A DNA stretch of 64,000 nt from Desulfobaccales bacterium (GTDB taxonomy: Bacteria; Desulfobacterota; Desulfobaccia; Desulfobaccales; 0-14-0-80-60-11), in the NCBI GenBank assembly GCA_041648175.1, contig JBAZPO010000006.1, positions 83,317-147,316 on the forward strand, read 5' to 3'. This document shows positions 46,617 to 55,753 of the stretch, in pieces (the first letter of the stretch is position 1; each line of letters opens with the position of its first letter). Below the pieces are notes generated by a model. It did not search any database and was not told where the DNA came from. It saw nothing but the letters and a program-made list of their open reading frames with translations. The translations under genes and the position numbers were made by a program.

Positions 46617-47959
46617 TTCCCGGCCTTATTCGGTGGAATGGAAAATGTTATGGTGGTGCCATGCCCCCTCCGGCTGGCAATCTGGAGTGAGCCTTGAGCC
46701 ATGAGGGCTCTTTCATGCATCGCGGTCAAACCTAAATTTTTTTTGGTAACCTTGCCGGACATAGTCTGCTTAAGATTAAACCCTTGGCCGTTATCCTGAA
46801 TCCTAAAGAAGACTCTCTCATTTTCCTTTTTGACGGTTACGGCTATAAGATTGGCGTTGGCGTGTTTGACGATATTGGTCAAGGATTCTTGAAAAATCCG
46901 ATAAACGTTGATTTGGGTTTCAGGGGAAAAAAGATGATCGACCTCATCAATCACCACCGAACATTTCATATTGTTATTGCGGCAGATCTCATCCACCAGG
47001 TAGCCCAGCGACGAGGACAGGCCCAAATCCTCCAGGCATGAAGGACAGAGATCCCAGGACAGGCGGCGCACATTTTCGATGACCGTGTCGATGTACGCCA
47101 GCATCTGCTCACAATTTCCCTTCAGAGGCAACTGGTCCGGCAACAGCATTTCTTCAATGCCCACCAAATGGATTTTCAAAACCGTCAAGGCCTGACCCAA
47201 TTCGTCGTGCAATTCCCGGGCGACCCGCCGGCGCTCCTGTTCCTGAATGCTCAGGAGTTGGACCGTGAGCAGGCGCAGTTCCCGCTCCGATTCCTTCAAG
47301 GCCCTTTCCGCTCGCCGCCTTTCGGCCTGGGCCCGCAGGGCGCTAACGCCATAAGCCAAGTCGTTGGCCAAACCAAGCAGCAGGGTGATCTCCTCCTCGT
47401 CAAAGGCGTTGGCTTCCCTGGCGTAGATCGTCAAGGCCCCAAATGTTTTAGCACCCTTGAGCGGCAGCCCCAGTATAGAGGCATAACCCCGTCGGCGAGC
47501 TTCCTCCCGCCACGGGGCAAAATCAGGGTCATTCTGGGTATCGTGGCAAATGACCGGGGTTCCTTCCCGGATGGCCTTTCCAGTGGGACCGCGGCCCTGC
47601 TCCTTATCGGCCCAGGTCAGGCGCAAACTTTCCACATACCCGGCAACAAAGCCTTGTTGGGCCATGGGACGTATCGATTTATTGGCATCCCGCTCGGCAT
47701 AACCCACCCAGGCCATGCAATAACCGCCCACTTCCACGATGATGCGGCACACCTCGTTTAATAACTCCGCCTCTTTCGTGGCGCGAATCAAGGCCTGATG
47801 GCATTCGGTGATGGCCTTAAGAGCGCGGCTGACTTTGTGTAGCGCCTCTTCCATCCGCTTCGGTGTCCCACTGCCTTCAGGGATGCTCATGCCGCCGCTC
47901 ATGGTGGGTGCTATCGGAGATGGTTGGCCCGGTGGCCCTATCCCAGCATTTTCTGGCAC
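46613..47959 (-). CDS. GAF-domain sensor histidine kinase (HisKA_3 / NarX-LiaS type)
   Basis: GAF-like region followed by the H-box ARELHDELGQALTVLK and an HATPase (IQDNGQGF...GLTAMHERA). Start codon uncertain. Confidence 0.8.
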   Translation of the reverse strand: MPENAGIGPPGQPSPIAPTMSGGMSIPEGSGTPKRMEEALHKVSRALKAITECHQALIRATKEAELLNEVCRIIVEVGGYCMAWVGYAERDANKSIRPMAQQGFVAGYVESLRLTWADKEQGRGPTGKAIREGTPVICHDTQNDPDFAPWREEARRRGYASILGLPLKGAKTFGALTIYAREANAFDEEEITLLLGLANDLAYGVSALRAQAERRRAERALKESERELRLLTVQLLSIQEQERRRVARELHDELGQALTVLKIHLVGIEEMLLPDQLPLKGNCEQMLAYIDTVIENVRRLSWDLCPSCLEDLGLSSSLGYLVDEICRNNNMKCSVVIDEVDHLFSPETQINVYRIFQESLTNIVKHANANLIAVTVKKENERVFFRIQDNGQGFNLKQTMSGKVTKKNLGLTAMHERALMAQGSLQIASRRGHGTTITFSIPPNKAGK

Positions 47960-48054
47960 TGCCCTTATTCCTAAGAGACTATTACTGTAAACTATTGTAA
48001 ATTATTTTATTGTATACATAATTGATCAAGTTTACTGATAAATCAAGAAGATTT

Positions 48055-48660
48055 TTAAGGAGCCGCCGCAAGCAATTCCCGAGCCACAAGGTTCAGCAGG
48101 CCCCACACCGCATCCAGAAACCAAAACCGATCCAGGTGGGCCGGCAGGGTAAACGATACCTGGGCGGGAAACTCATCGTCAGCCTGCCATAAAATTACTT
48201 CCACCACCAAACCGGCAAAGACCTGCAGGGCTATAGTAGCATCGCCTGCCGGCCCGGTTTCGCCCTGCAATTTTTTCCCCGCCGCCACAAACCCCGCCAC
48301 ATCCCGGCCGAAACGTTCTTCCAGGGGACCGCTGGGGATGCCGTGGTGACCCCGAAAAAAGGTGGCCCCGCCGGGTAATTCTAGCGGGCTGATGCACGGC
48401 CCCAGGAGCGCAGGATCGATCTTCAACAGATACAAGAGCGCCGCAAGGCACAGCCGGAAGCCGCATTCCGCCTGGGGTGCGCCGAGGGCCTCAACATGGC
48501 GCCGGATCGGGTCCAACACCAGGGTCCGGTCCAAAAACCTGAGATGATATGCCCCCTCCTCATACCGTGCGCCGGTCCGGCGGGTAATTTCCTGAGGGTC
48601 GCGCTCACTCAGATCATGCCAGATCTCCTGACTCACATCGCTGCACGTTTCATACACCAT
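48055..48660 (-). CDS. DUF3786-like protein
   Basis: 201 aa. The N-terminal pattern LSERDPQEITRRTGARYEEGAYHLRFLDRTLVLD resembles DUF3786. Assignment is from memory only. Confidence 0.45.
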   Translation of the reverse strand: MVYETCSDVSQEIWHDLSERDPQEITRRTGARYEEGAYHLRFLDRTLVLDPIRRHVEALGAPQAECGFRLCLAALLYLLKIDPALLGPCISPLELPGGATFFRGHHGIPSGPLEERFGRDVAGFVAAGKKLQGETGPAGDATIALQVFAGLVVEVILWQADDEFPAQVSFTLPAHLDRFWFLDAVWGLLNLVARELLAAAP

Positions 48661-48934
48661 GGCCGTGATCTCCGGGATTGACGCCCAAAAGAGAAAAAAT
48701 TATAACGTAACAATTTATTCTGGGAGTTGTGGCGCCGGTTCGGAAGCAGTTTTATAGCGCTTGCCAAAAGCACTTTCCTTATTATTCCCCTCTCCTCTTG
48801 CGGAAGGTGGACTTTGCAGGCCGTTTTTGCATCTTCAAACGTTTCAGGAAAAAACCGAATGAGTCAGGGTAGTATGTATCGTATTATTCTTCTTTATATC
48901 AATTTCTTTATAAATACCTTAACTATAGGATAAT

Positions 48935-51022
48935 ATGCAAAATTTTTTCTATCCGCGTAGCGTGGCCGTGGTGGGAGTCTCCGAAACCCCGGCCAACCTG
49001 GCCCAGGGGATTGTCGCCAATCTGTTGCACTTCAGGTATCAGGGCAAGATCTTCCTGGTGGGACGCCGGCCCGGCGTAACCTTCGGCCTGCCCATCTTCC
49101 CTCGCTTAGCCGATCTGCCCGAGAAAGTTGACCTGGTGGCGATCCTGGCGCCGGCCCGGGCCGTGCCCTCCCTGGTGAGAGAATGCGGCGAACTGGGGAT
49201 TTCCCGGGTTGTGGTGGAATCCGCCGGTTTCTCGGAATTAAACGACACCGGCCGCGCCCTTGAAGATGAGGTGCGCGCCGCTCTCGACCAGTATGGCATC
49301 CGCCTGGTAGGTCCCAATGGCCTGGGTCTGGTCAATCTGGAACTCGGCCTGGCCCTCCCCTTTGCCCAGATAGGCGAGCGCATTCACCAGGGGTCCATCT
49401 CCATCATTGCTCAAAGCGGTGGGGTGGCCACCCATGTCTTGGCCTGGATGACCAAAGAAGGTCTGGGCTTAAATAAGTTTTTGAGCCTGGGCAATAAACT
49501 GGATGTGGCCGAAAACGAGGTCCTGGAATACCTCCTCCAAGACCCCGGCACCGCCGCCATTTATGTGTACCTGGAAGGCATGCAGGACGGTCGCGGGTTT
49601 TTAGCCGCGGCCGCCAAAGCCACCAAGCCCGTCTACCTGCATATGGCCAATGTGGGGCCGGAGACGGCCACCATCGCCCATTCCCATACCGCCTCCTTGA
49701 CCACCGATGAGCGGGTCTTGGACGCCGCCTGCCGGCAGAGCCGCATCATCCGGGTCAAGACCCAGGGGGAGTTTTTAAACGCCGCCCGGCTGGTGGGCCA
49801 GCCGCCGGTAACCGGCAATCGCCTGGTGGTCTTCTCCCGCAGCGGCGGCGAGGCCGTGGTCACCGCCTACGCCTGCCAAAGGTTCGGCTTCACCCTGCCA
49901 CCCTTGTCCGACCAATTGGCTGCCTCCATTAAGGAGCGTTCCCGGGCCGGGGTCATCCACCCCACCAATCCCATCGACCTGGGGGATATCTTTGATTTCA
50001 CCGTGTACACCGATATCATGGCCGCGGTGTGTGCCGACCCCCAGATAGACGCCGTGCTGTTCCATTACGGCCCTGTGGCGGACTTTGAGCTGGAAGCCGC
50101 GAGAGAGATGGCCCGGCGCATGCTGAAGTTGGCTCGAAAATCCCAAAAACCCCTGGCCGTCACCGTGCTCTGCACTCCTGACGAAGAAGCCTATATCCGG
50201 GACACCCTGGGCGTTCCGGTCTTTCATTTCCCCGAGGACGCGGTCCAGGCCCTGGCTTTCAGCCGTGACCTGGCCACCCGGAGAGATGTCTGGAACCCGG
50301 AAACATCCCCGCCCTTACCCCAGACCAGCGCCCTGGCCGGGCTGCTGGCGGACTTTGGCTCCGGAGGTTTTGTCTCCCTGGATCAAGCCCTGGCCCTCAC
50401 AGAGGCCCTGAAAATCCCGGTGGCCCCCTGGGAAGCAGCCGCCACTGCCACTGAAGCCACCGCCGCGGCCGGCCGCCTGGGCTTTCCGGTAGTGCTCAAG
50501 CTCTCGGCCTTGAGCCTGATTCACAAAACCGAGGCCGGCGGCATCATCCTGGATCTTCATGATGCCGCGGCGGTTGCGCACGCCTTTGCCCATATGTCCG
50601 GGATCGCCCAAACCAGCCTGCCTCCCCGGGAGGCCTGGCGGGCGGTGGTCATGTCCCAGGTGGCGAAAGGCCGGGAAGTGCTCCTGGGCGCCCGGCGGGA
50701 TGACTCCTTCGGTCCGGTGGTGGCCTTCGGCGCCGGGGGGGTGGATACCGAAATTTTGGACGACGTCGCACTCCGGGTCGCCCCCTTAAGCCCGGCTCAG
50801 GCCCTGGATCTCATTGCCGAAACCCGTATCGGCCGCATCCTGGCCGGGACTCGGGGGAGGCCTCCAGCCGACCTGGAAAGCTTAAGCCGGGCGCTGGCGG
50901 CCCTGTCCCAACTGATGCTGCAGTTCCCCCAGATTAGGGAGGTCGATCTCAACCCGGTGCTGGTCTTCCCGGGCAAACCCGGGTTAGTGGCACTGGACGC
51001 CCGCATGCGGGTGGGGATGTAA
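48935..51022 (+). CDS. ADP-forming acetyl-CoA synthetase family protein (fused alpha/beta: CoA-binding + ligase-CoA + ATP-grasp)
   Basis: FFYPRSVAVVGVSETPANLAQ..., VVESAGFSE, and the C-terminal ATP-grasp FPVVLKLSALSLIHKTEAGG...EVDLNPV. Confidence 0.8.
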   Translation: MQNFFYPRSVAVVGVSETPANLAQGIVANLLHFRYQGKIFLVGRRPGVTFGLPIFPRLADLPEKVDLVAILAPARAVPSLVRECGELGISRVVVESAGFSELNDTGRALEDEVRAALDQYGIRLVGPNGLGLVNLELGLALPFAQIGERIHQGSISIIAQSGGVATHVLAWMTKEGLGLNKFLSLGNKLDVAENEVLEYLLQDPGTAAIYVYLEGMQDGRGFLAAAAKATKPVYLHMANVGPETATIAHSHTASLTTDERVLDAACRQSRIIRVKTQGEFLNAARLVGQPPVTGNRLVVFSRSGGEAVVTAYACQRFGFTLPPLSDQLAASIKERSRAGVIHPTNPIDLGDIFDFTVYTDIMAAVCADPQIDAVLFHYGPVADFELEAAREMARRMLKLARKSQKPLAVTVLCTPDEEAYIRDTLGVPVFHFPEDAVQALAFSRDLATRRDVWNPETSPPLPQTSALAGLLADFGSGGFVSLDQALALTEALKIPVAPWEAAATATEATAAAGRLGFPVVLKLSALSLIHKTEAGGIILDLHDAAAVAHAFAHMSGIAQTSLPPREAWRAVVMSQVAKGREVLLGARRDDSFGPVVAFGAGGVDTEILDDVALRVAPLSPAQALDLIAETRIGRILAGTRGRPPADLESLSRALAALSQLMLQFPQIREVDLNPVLVFPGKPGLVALDARMRVGM

Positions 51023-51144
51023 CATGTACACAGGCCCCGACAATGGCGGTCTATGCCGCCGGGTTGCTTAACTTTTGAAAAATGACACAATATAATCCAA
51101 GTTACTCTCTTGCCGGATCGGCCTGGCGGAATTTTCGCCTTTGG

Positions 51145-51169
51145 TAGCACAGGTTTTCCAGCCTGTGCT
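51145..51169. repeat. CACAGG-ttttcc-CCTGTG hairpin repeat (copy C)
   Basis: tagcacaggttttccagcctgtgct, upstream of the TauE gene. Near-identical to copy A. Confidence 0.6.
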
Positions 51170-51245
51170 GGTGGGCGGTGTCCAACCCACTTTGCTAAAG
51201 GTTTTTTCTGACCACCGGCAACTTTTCCAAACAGGTGATCGTATC

Positions 51246-52043
51246 GTGATTGTGAGCTTCTTTGTCGGCCTCATTGCAGGCCTCTTTGGTGGATTGGTTG
51301 GCCTTGGCGGGGGAGTAGTCATGATCCCCTTGATGATCTGGTTTTTTCGATTCAATCAGCACCAGGCCCACGGCACCAGCCTCATGGCCCTGGTGTTCAC
51401 CGGGATTTCCGGGGCTATCACTTATTATATGAAGGGGTCGGTGGACGTCATGGCCGCAATTCTGCTGGCGACCACCGCGATCTTTACCGCTCGCTTCGGC
51501 GCGCTCTATGCCAATGCCCTGCCGGAGTGGAAACTGAAACGAGCCTTCGGTGTTTTCATAATCTGCGTCTCCCTGTTGCTGCTCGGCAAACCCTATCTCT
51601 CCCACCTATCCTTTCTCTCCCACCCGGCCACCGGCTGGGGCAAGGTCCTGGCCCTGTTAGGCAGCGGGGCGGTGGCAGGATTTCTCTCAGGCATGATGGG
51701 CGTAGGCGGCGGTTCTATCATGGTGCCGGCCCTGGTGCTGCTGGTGGGCTTGAACCAGTATTCGGCTCAGGGCAGTTCGCTTTTGGCCATGGTCCCGGCC
51801 GGCGCTGTGGGCGCGTTTACCCATTGGCGCCTGGGCAATGTGGTGACCGGGGTTTTAATCGGCCTTATCCCCGGCATTTTAGTGGGGACTTTTTGTGGGG
51901 GGACCCTGGCGCACCTCATGACTGAAGCCAATTTGAGGCTGATTTTTGCCGCGGTGCTCATCTGGCTGGGAATCCGGGATATCAAGAAGGCCTTGCAAAT
52001 CAAGGCCTTGCTGGAAACGGTGCCGGTCCGGGTCCGCGTTTGA
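51246..52043 (+). CDS. TauE/SafE family sulfite/anion exporter
   Basis: FFVGLIAGLFGGLVGLGGGVVMIPLM, with a second half-repeat GFLSGMMGVGGGSIMVPAL. GTG start chosen because the longer ORF start runs through the repeat element. Confidence 0.7.
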   Translation: MIVSFFVGLIAGLFGGLVGLGGGVVMIPLMIWFFRFNQHQAHGTSLMALVFTGISGAITYYMKGSVDVMAAILLATTAIFTARFGALYANALPEWKLKRAFGVFIICVSLLLLGKPYLSHLSFLSHPATGWGKVLALLGSGAVAGFLSGMMGVGGGSIMVPALVLLVGLNQYSAQGSSLLAMVPAGAVGAFTHWRLGNVVTGVLIGLIPGILVGTFCGGTLAHLMTEANLRLIFAAVLIWLGIRDIKKALQIKALLETVPVRVRV

Positions 52044-52065
52044 AAACTTGACGGGGGAGGGACGG

Positions 52066-52812
52066 TTGCATACCAAACTTAAAGAGATCACCCCCAGTGA
52101 CCTGGCGGACCTCATCCGCCGCCACCCCCGGGTAGTGGCCTTAACCGGCGCTGGTATTTCGGTTGCATCCGGCATCCCGGACTTCCGCAGCCCCGGCGGC
52201 CTCTGGGAGCGCTTTGACCCCCTGGAGTACGCCCATGTCCAGGCCTTCCGCAAGAACCCCGCCAAGGTCTGGCAGCTTTTGCTCGAAATGGACGAGACCA
52301 TCACCCGAGCGCGGCCCAATCCAGCCCACTATGCCCTGGCGGCACTGGAAGCCAAAGGCTATCTTGCCGGCATCATCACCCAGAACGTGGACAATCTGCA
52401 CCAGGCTGCGGGCTCTCACCGAGTCGTGGAGTACCACGGCAACGCCTTGCGCTTCGTCTGCGATAAGTGCCGCGGCCACCACCCCCGGGAGAGCCTGGAT
52501 TTTTCGAACCCTCCCCTCTACTGCCTCTGCGGCGGCCTGATCCGGCCCGACGTGGTCTTCTTCGGAGAGGCGATTCCCCCCGCGGCCCAGACCGAGGCCG
52601 AGGACCTGGCTCAGCACTGCGACCTGCTCCTGGTCATCGGCACCTCGGGAGAGGTGGCCCCGGCCAGTTACATCCCCGCCATCGCCAGGCAGTGGAACGC
52701 CATTATCGTGGAGAACAACCTGGAACCCACCCGCCTGACCCACACCCTGGCCCACCACTTCCTGCCCGGCTCCGCAGGAAAAATGCTGCCCCTGGTTCTC
52801 AAGGACCTTTAA
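52066..52812 (+). CDS. cobB: NAD-dependent protein deacylase (Sir2/CobB family)
   Basis: LTGAGISVASGIPDFRSPGGLWERFDP, QNVDNLHQ, and Zn site CDKC...CLCGG. TTG start after GGGAGG and just after the TauE stop. Confidence 0.8.
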   Translation: MHTKLKEITPSDLADLIRRHPRVVALTGAGISVASGIPDFRSPGGLWERFDPLEYAHVQAFRKNPAKVWQLLLEMDETITRARPNPAHYALAALEAKGYLAGIITQNVDNLHQAAGSHRVVEYHGNALRFVCDKCRGHHPRESLDFSNPPLYCLCGGLIRPDVVFFGEAIPPAAQTEAEDLAQHCDLLLVIGTSGEVAPASYIPAIARQWNAIIVENNLEPTRLTHTLAHHFLPGSAGKMLPLVLKDL

Positions 52813-52882
52813 TACCACATTAAGAGCCGTCGGGCGGGAAAGGGAAGCGCATCCCGTCTTTGCTCCTCGTTACTCCTGTTAC

Positions 52883-52985
52883 GAAAAGTTCAAGGTTCAA
52901 GGTTCAAAGTAGAGTGGCGGGCGGGGACGCCCGCCCTACCGGGGTTTCATGGTTTTGAGAGAGCCAAAGGCTCATGAGCGACTGC
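52883..52985. repeat. composite intergenic repeat (GTTCAAG x3 module plus GC-hairpin/TTCATGGTTTTGAGA module), copy 1
   Basis: gaaaagttcaaggttcaaggttcaaagt ... ggcgggcggggacgcccgccctaccggggtttcatggttttgagagagccaaaggctc..gcgactgc. Both modules recur at 63755..63894. Confidence 0.6.
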
Positions 52986-53564
52986 TCTGAAAATGAATCT
53001 CGTAGGGCGCGTCTTACGCGCCAAAAACGGTGCGTGAGACGCACCCTACTTTAATTTTCATGGTTTTGAGTGTTCCCTTGGAACATGAATGGCTCGTTCC
53101 CAAGTTGTACTTGGGAACGCAATTGCCCGATAAAAAATCTTTTCAGGTTAGCGAGCCCAGCCCCGACTGGCAGTGATTATTCTGAATGTGCGCCTCAAAT
53201 TCTGGCCGGAGATTTTTTTTAAGCGGCATGTTTGCGCCCTACGGTTGAGGTAGCTGGTTGGTCGTTTGCTGAGTGCTTGTTTAAAGAGCAGTCTTTGGTT
53301 CGATCAAGACGCCACGACTATCTACAGGAATCACCTCAAGAGGATAGAAACCCATATGGACGAGGCCCTTTTAGTCATACTGCCATTGACAATGAGGCCG
53401 AGGAAGATCTTATCTTCTGGAAATGCAGCACGCAATTATATAAATAATTGTCTATTTCGCCAAAATCCCGGCCTACTTTCTTGACCATCGTGATATTTAG
53501 TAGTATAAGTTTTATAATATTATTCATTAAAATAAATTTAACTATGAGAAAGGAGCGACATGCT

Positions 53565-53780
53565 ATGGAAGAGAATGTGAGCGAAAGGTCTATGTTCCCT
53601 GAGATGCTTCCACCTCAACCGCAACCTTGGTTTGAACTGGCACTGAGGTACCTGGATCGCGACCAGCAGAGAACAATCGTGGCGCGGATATTGGATATGC
53701 ATATTATGCAGCAGGAGCAGTTGCTCGAAGTGGCCAAAATGGCGAGAGATATGCTGAAGAAGGGACCCAAAACCCGGTAA
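53565..53780 (+). CDS. 71-aa hypothetical helical protein upstream of the radical SAM gene
   Basis: AGGAG lies 9 nt upstream. MEENVSERSMFPEMLPPQPQPWFELALRYLDRDQQRTIVARILDMHIMQQEQLLEVAKMARDMLKKGPKTR. No Cys. AT-rich context. Confidence 0.4.
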   Translation: MEENVSERSMFPEMLPPQPQPWFELALRYLDRDQQRTIVARILDMHIMQQEQLLEVAKMARDMLKKGPKTR

Positions 53781-53889
53781 TGCCGGAGTGAGAGTGAAAC
53801 ACGGCTCGAAGTGGAGGGATACTTCAATTTCTGAGAATCCTCATAGCAATGAATAATCCTCTGTCAAGCCGGTTAACTCAGGAGAATTG

Positions 53890-55464
53890 ATGGCTCTTCC
53901 GGCGACCTGTTGCGATATTCTCATTGTTGGTCATGAAGATGAGGAGAACCTGAGCATCCGCTCGGTTGCAGCATTCCTCATGAACGAAGGAATAAGGGTC
54001 GGGATCGAGCCCTATAAGAGCTCAAGGAAAGAGGCGATCCTTGAACGCATCATAAGGGATAACCCCGCGATAATCGGCTTTTCCATATCATTTCAAGCAA
54101 GTATCCCTGATTTTGCCGAATTGACCGATTATCTCCGCAGAAATGAAATGCGCCGGCACTTTACGGCCGGCGGACATATACCTACCATAGCCCCTGAGAC
54201 GGTATTCGAAATGATACCTGGGCTGGATACCGTTGTACGACATGAAGGCGAACACACCCTCCTGGAGCTTTATAAGAATGTGGATAAGCCCGATCTTTGG
54301 CCGGGTATCAGGGGGCTGGTAGTGCGGAGGAACGGAGTGATTGAGGCTGCGCCTCCGAGGCCCTTGATTGAAGACCTTGACGCCCTGCCTTTTCCCATAA
54401 GATCAGACTCATTTGAAACCTTCCGAGGGCTCGGCATTTGTCAGATGCTCGCAAGCAGGGGATGTCCTTACAAGTGCAGCTTCTGCAGCATACATCAGTT
54501 CTATAGTGACGCGATCGGGCCCAAGCGTCGTCTGCGTTCTCCTGCAAATATTGTCCATGAGATGGAGCAACTCTTTCAGAAGGGTGTGCGCATATTCAGC
54601 TTTATTGATGATGGCTTGATCACCAGGAACAGGTCGGAGCGCAGGTGGGCGGAAGAACTCGCTCAGGCGCTTGAAAGGAGCGGCCTCGCTGATGAGATCA
54701 TCTGGAGCATGTTTTGCCGTGTGGATGAAGTGGACGCGGATATTCTTGGCAGGCTCAAGGATTGCGGGCTGGGATTTATCGGTATAGGTATCGAGTCAGG
54801 GAATGAGCAGGGGTTAAAAACCCTTAACAAGCATTACGCCGTAGAGGATATCTTCCGCTCCATGGATATCGTTCAGCGCCTTGGGTTATGCTTTGAATAC
54901 GGCTTTATGATGTTCGATCCCGATAGTACCTTCCAGTCAGTAAAGGCCAATTTAGATTTCCTGAAAAGGCTTTGCGAAAGTGGCAGCGCACCCGTTCGCT
55001 TGACAAAAATGGTCCCTCTTATGGCTACGCCCATCGCCCGTCGTCTCCATGAGGAGGGAAGGCTTGCCGGAACCATAGCCTCGCCTAACTTCACCTATGA
55101 AGACAAGAGGCTCGATCTGCTGGATCTTTTTTTCGCCAGGGCTTTCGGTTCTGTATTCGGCAAGAATGGGGTGGTTGATAGGTTACGAAGCGCCATGAAA
55201 GATGCTGTAGTCATCGATAAATTTTTCCCAGGCCGTTATGATGCCAAGGCTTATGGAGAATCTATAACGGGTTTGACAAGGGCATTTAATGATTCGGCTT
55301 TTGAGACCCTTTATAAGGCAGCTCGGTTCATGGAGGATAGGAGCGAAGAAGATATTCTCTATTACTGGTATTTGCTCGATATGCTTTGCCGGCAGGAGTT
55401 GGAGACTCAATCCGAAATTGCGCAGGCCCTGGAGCAATCGTCCCCTGCCGAAATTCAGGCCTGA
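53890..55464 (+). CDS. B12-binding domain-containing radical SAM protein
   Basis: N-terminal Rossmann-like segment (DILIVGHEDEENLSIRSVAAFLMNEGIRV...IIGFSISF), then ASRGCPYKCSFCSI (CxxxCxxC). AGGAG RBS. Confidence 0.8.
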   Translation: MALPATCCDILIVGHEDEENLSIRSVAAFLMNEGIRVGIEPYKSSRKEAILERIIRDNPAIIGFSISFQASIPDFAELTDYLRRNEMRRHFTAGGHIPTIAPETVFEMIPGLDTVVRHEGEHTLLELYKNVDKPDLWPGIRGLVVRRNGVIEAAPPRPLIEDLDALPFPIRSDSFETFRGLGICQMLASRGCPYKCSFCSIHQFYSDAIGPKRRLRSPANIVHEMEQLFQKGVRIFSFIDDGLITRNRSERRWAEELAQALERSGLADEIIWSMFCRVDEVDADILGRLKDCGLGFIGIGIESGNEQGLKTLNKHYAVEDIFRSMDIVQRLGLCFEYGFMMFDPDSTFQSVKANLDFLKRLCESGSAPVRLTKMVPLMATPIARRLHEEGRLAGTIASPNFTYEDKRLDLLDLFFARAFGSVFGKNGVVDRLRSAMKDAVVIDKFFPGRYDAKAYGESITGLTRAFNDSAFETLYKAARFMEDRSEEDILYYWYLLDMLCRQELETQSEIAQALEQSSPAEIQA

Positions 55465-55640
55465 CGGTCCCCGAGGTTATTTTCAAACTCAACTCATAGG
55501 GAGAATATCTAGTCGTTTCACAGGGATGATCTGGATTGAAGATCACTCTATTGATGAACTCCCTAATCGACTTCTGTCGCTGATGGTTAGGTTTGCTCAA
55601 AATCTAAGGCTAAAGAAGTTGTAAAGAGGCCGCCGTCCCC

Positions 55641-55681
55641 CAACAAAGAAAAGCCGGGAAGGATGATCTGCCCTTCCCGGC
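55641..55681 (-). terminator. intrinsic terminator of the 55754..56083 gene (also closes the rSAM gene)
   Basis: GCCGGGAAGG - 9 nt - CCTTCCCGGC is a 10-bp stem. On the minus strand it is followed by TTTTCTTTGTTG. Confidence 0.6.
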
Positions 55682-55753
55682 TCTGTAATCCGACCGCTTT
55701 CGGTCGAGGGCCTCGTTAAGCCCGGTTACCTGCTAAGGTTGGTTCAGCCGCGC

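Noticed and set aside
53232-53484. Two overlapping 71-72-aa ORFs in the AT-rich islet leader
   Set aside because: They have a TTG or poor start context, are mutually exclusive frames, and have no motifs. They more likely lie in a promoter or leader region of the small-ORF/rSAM pair.
55526-55624. 32-aa ORF immediately downstream of the radical SAM gene as a possible precursor peptide
   Set aside because: The RBS is weak, the sequence has no Cys/Gly/Ser-rich core, and the frame is shared with a shadow ORF overlapping the rSAM 3-prime end. It is mentioned in the islet finding but not called as a feature.
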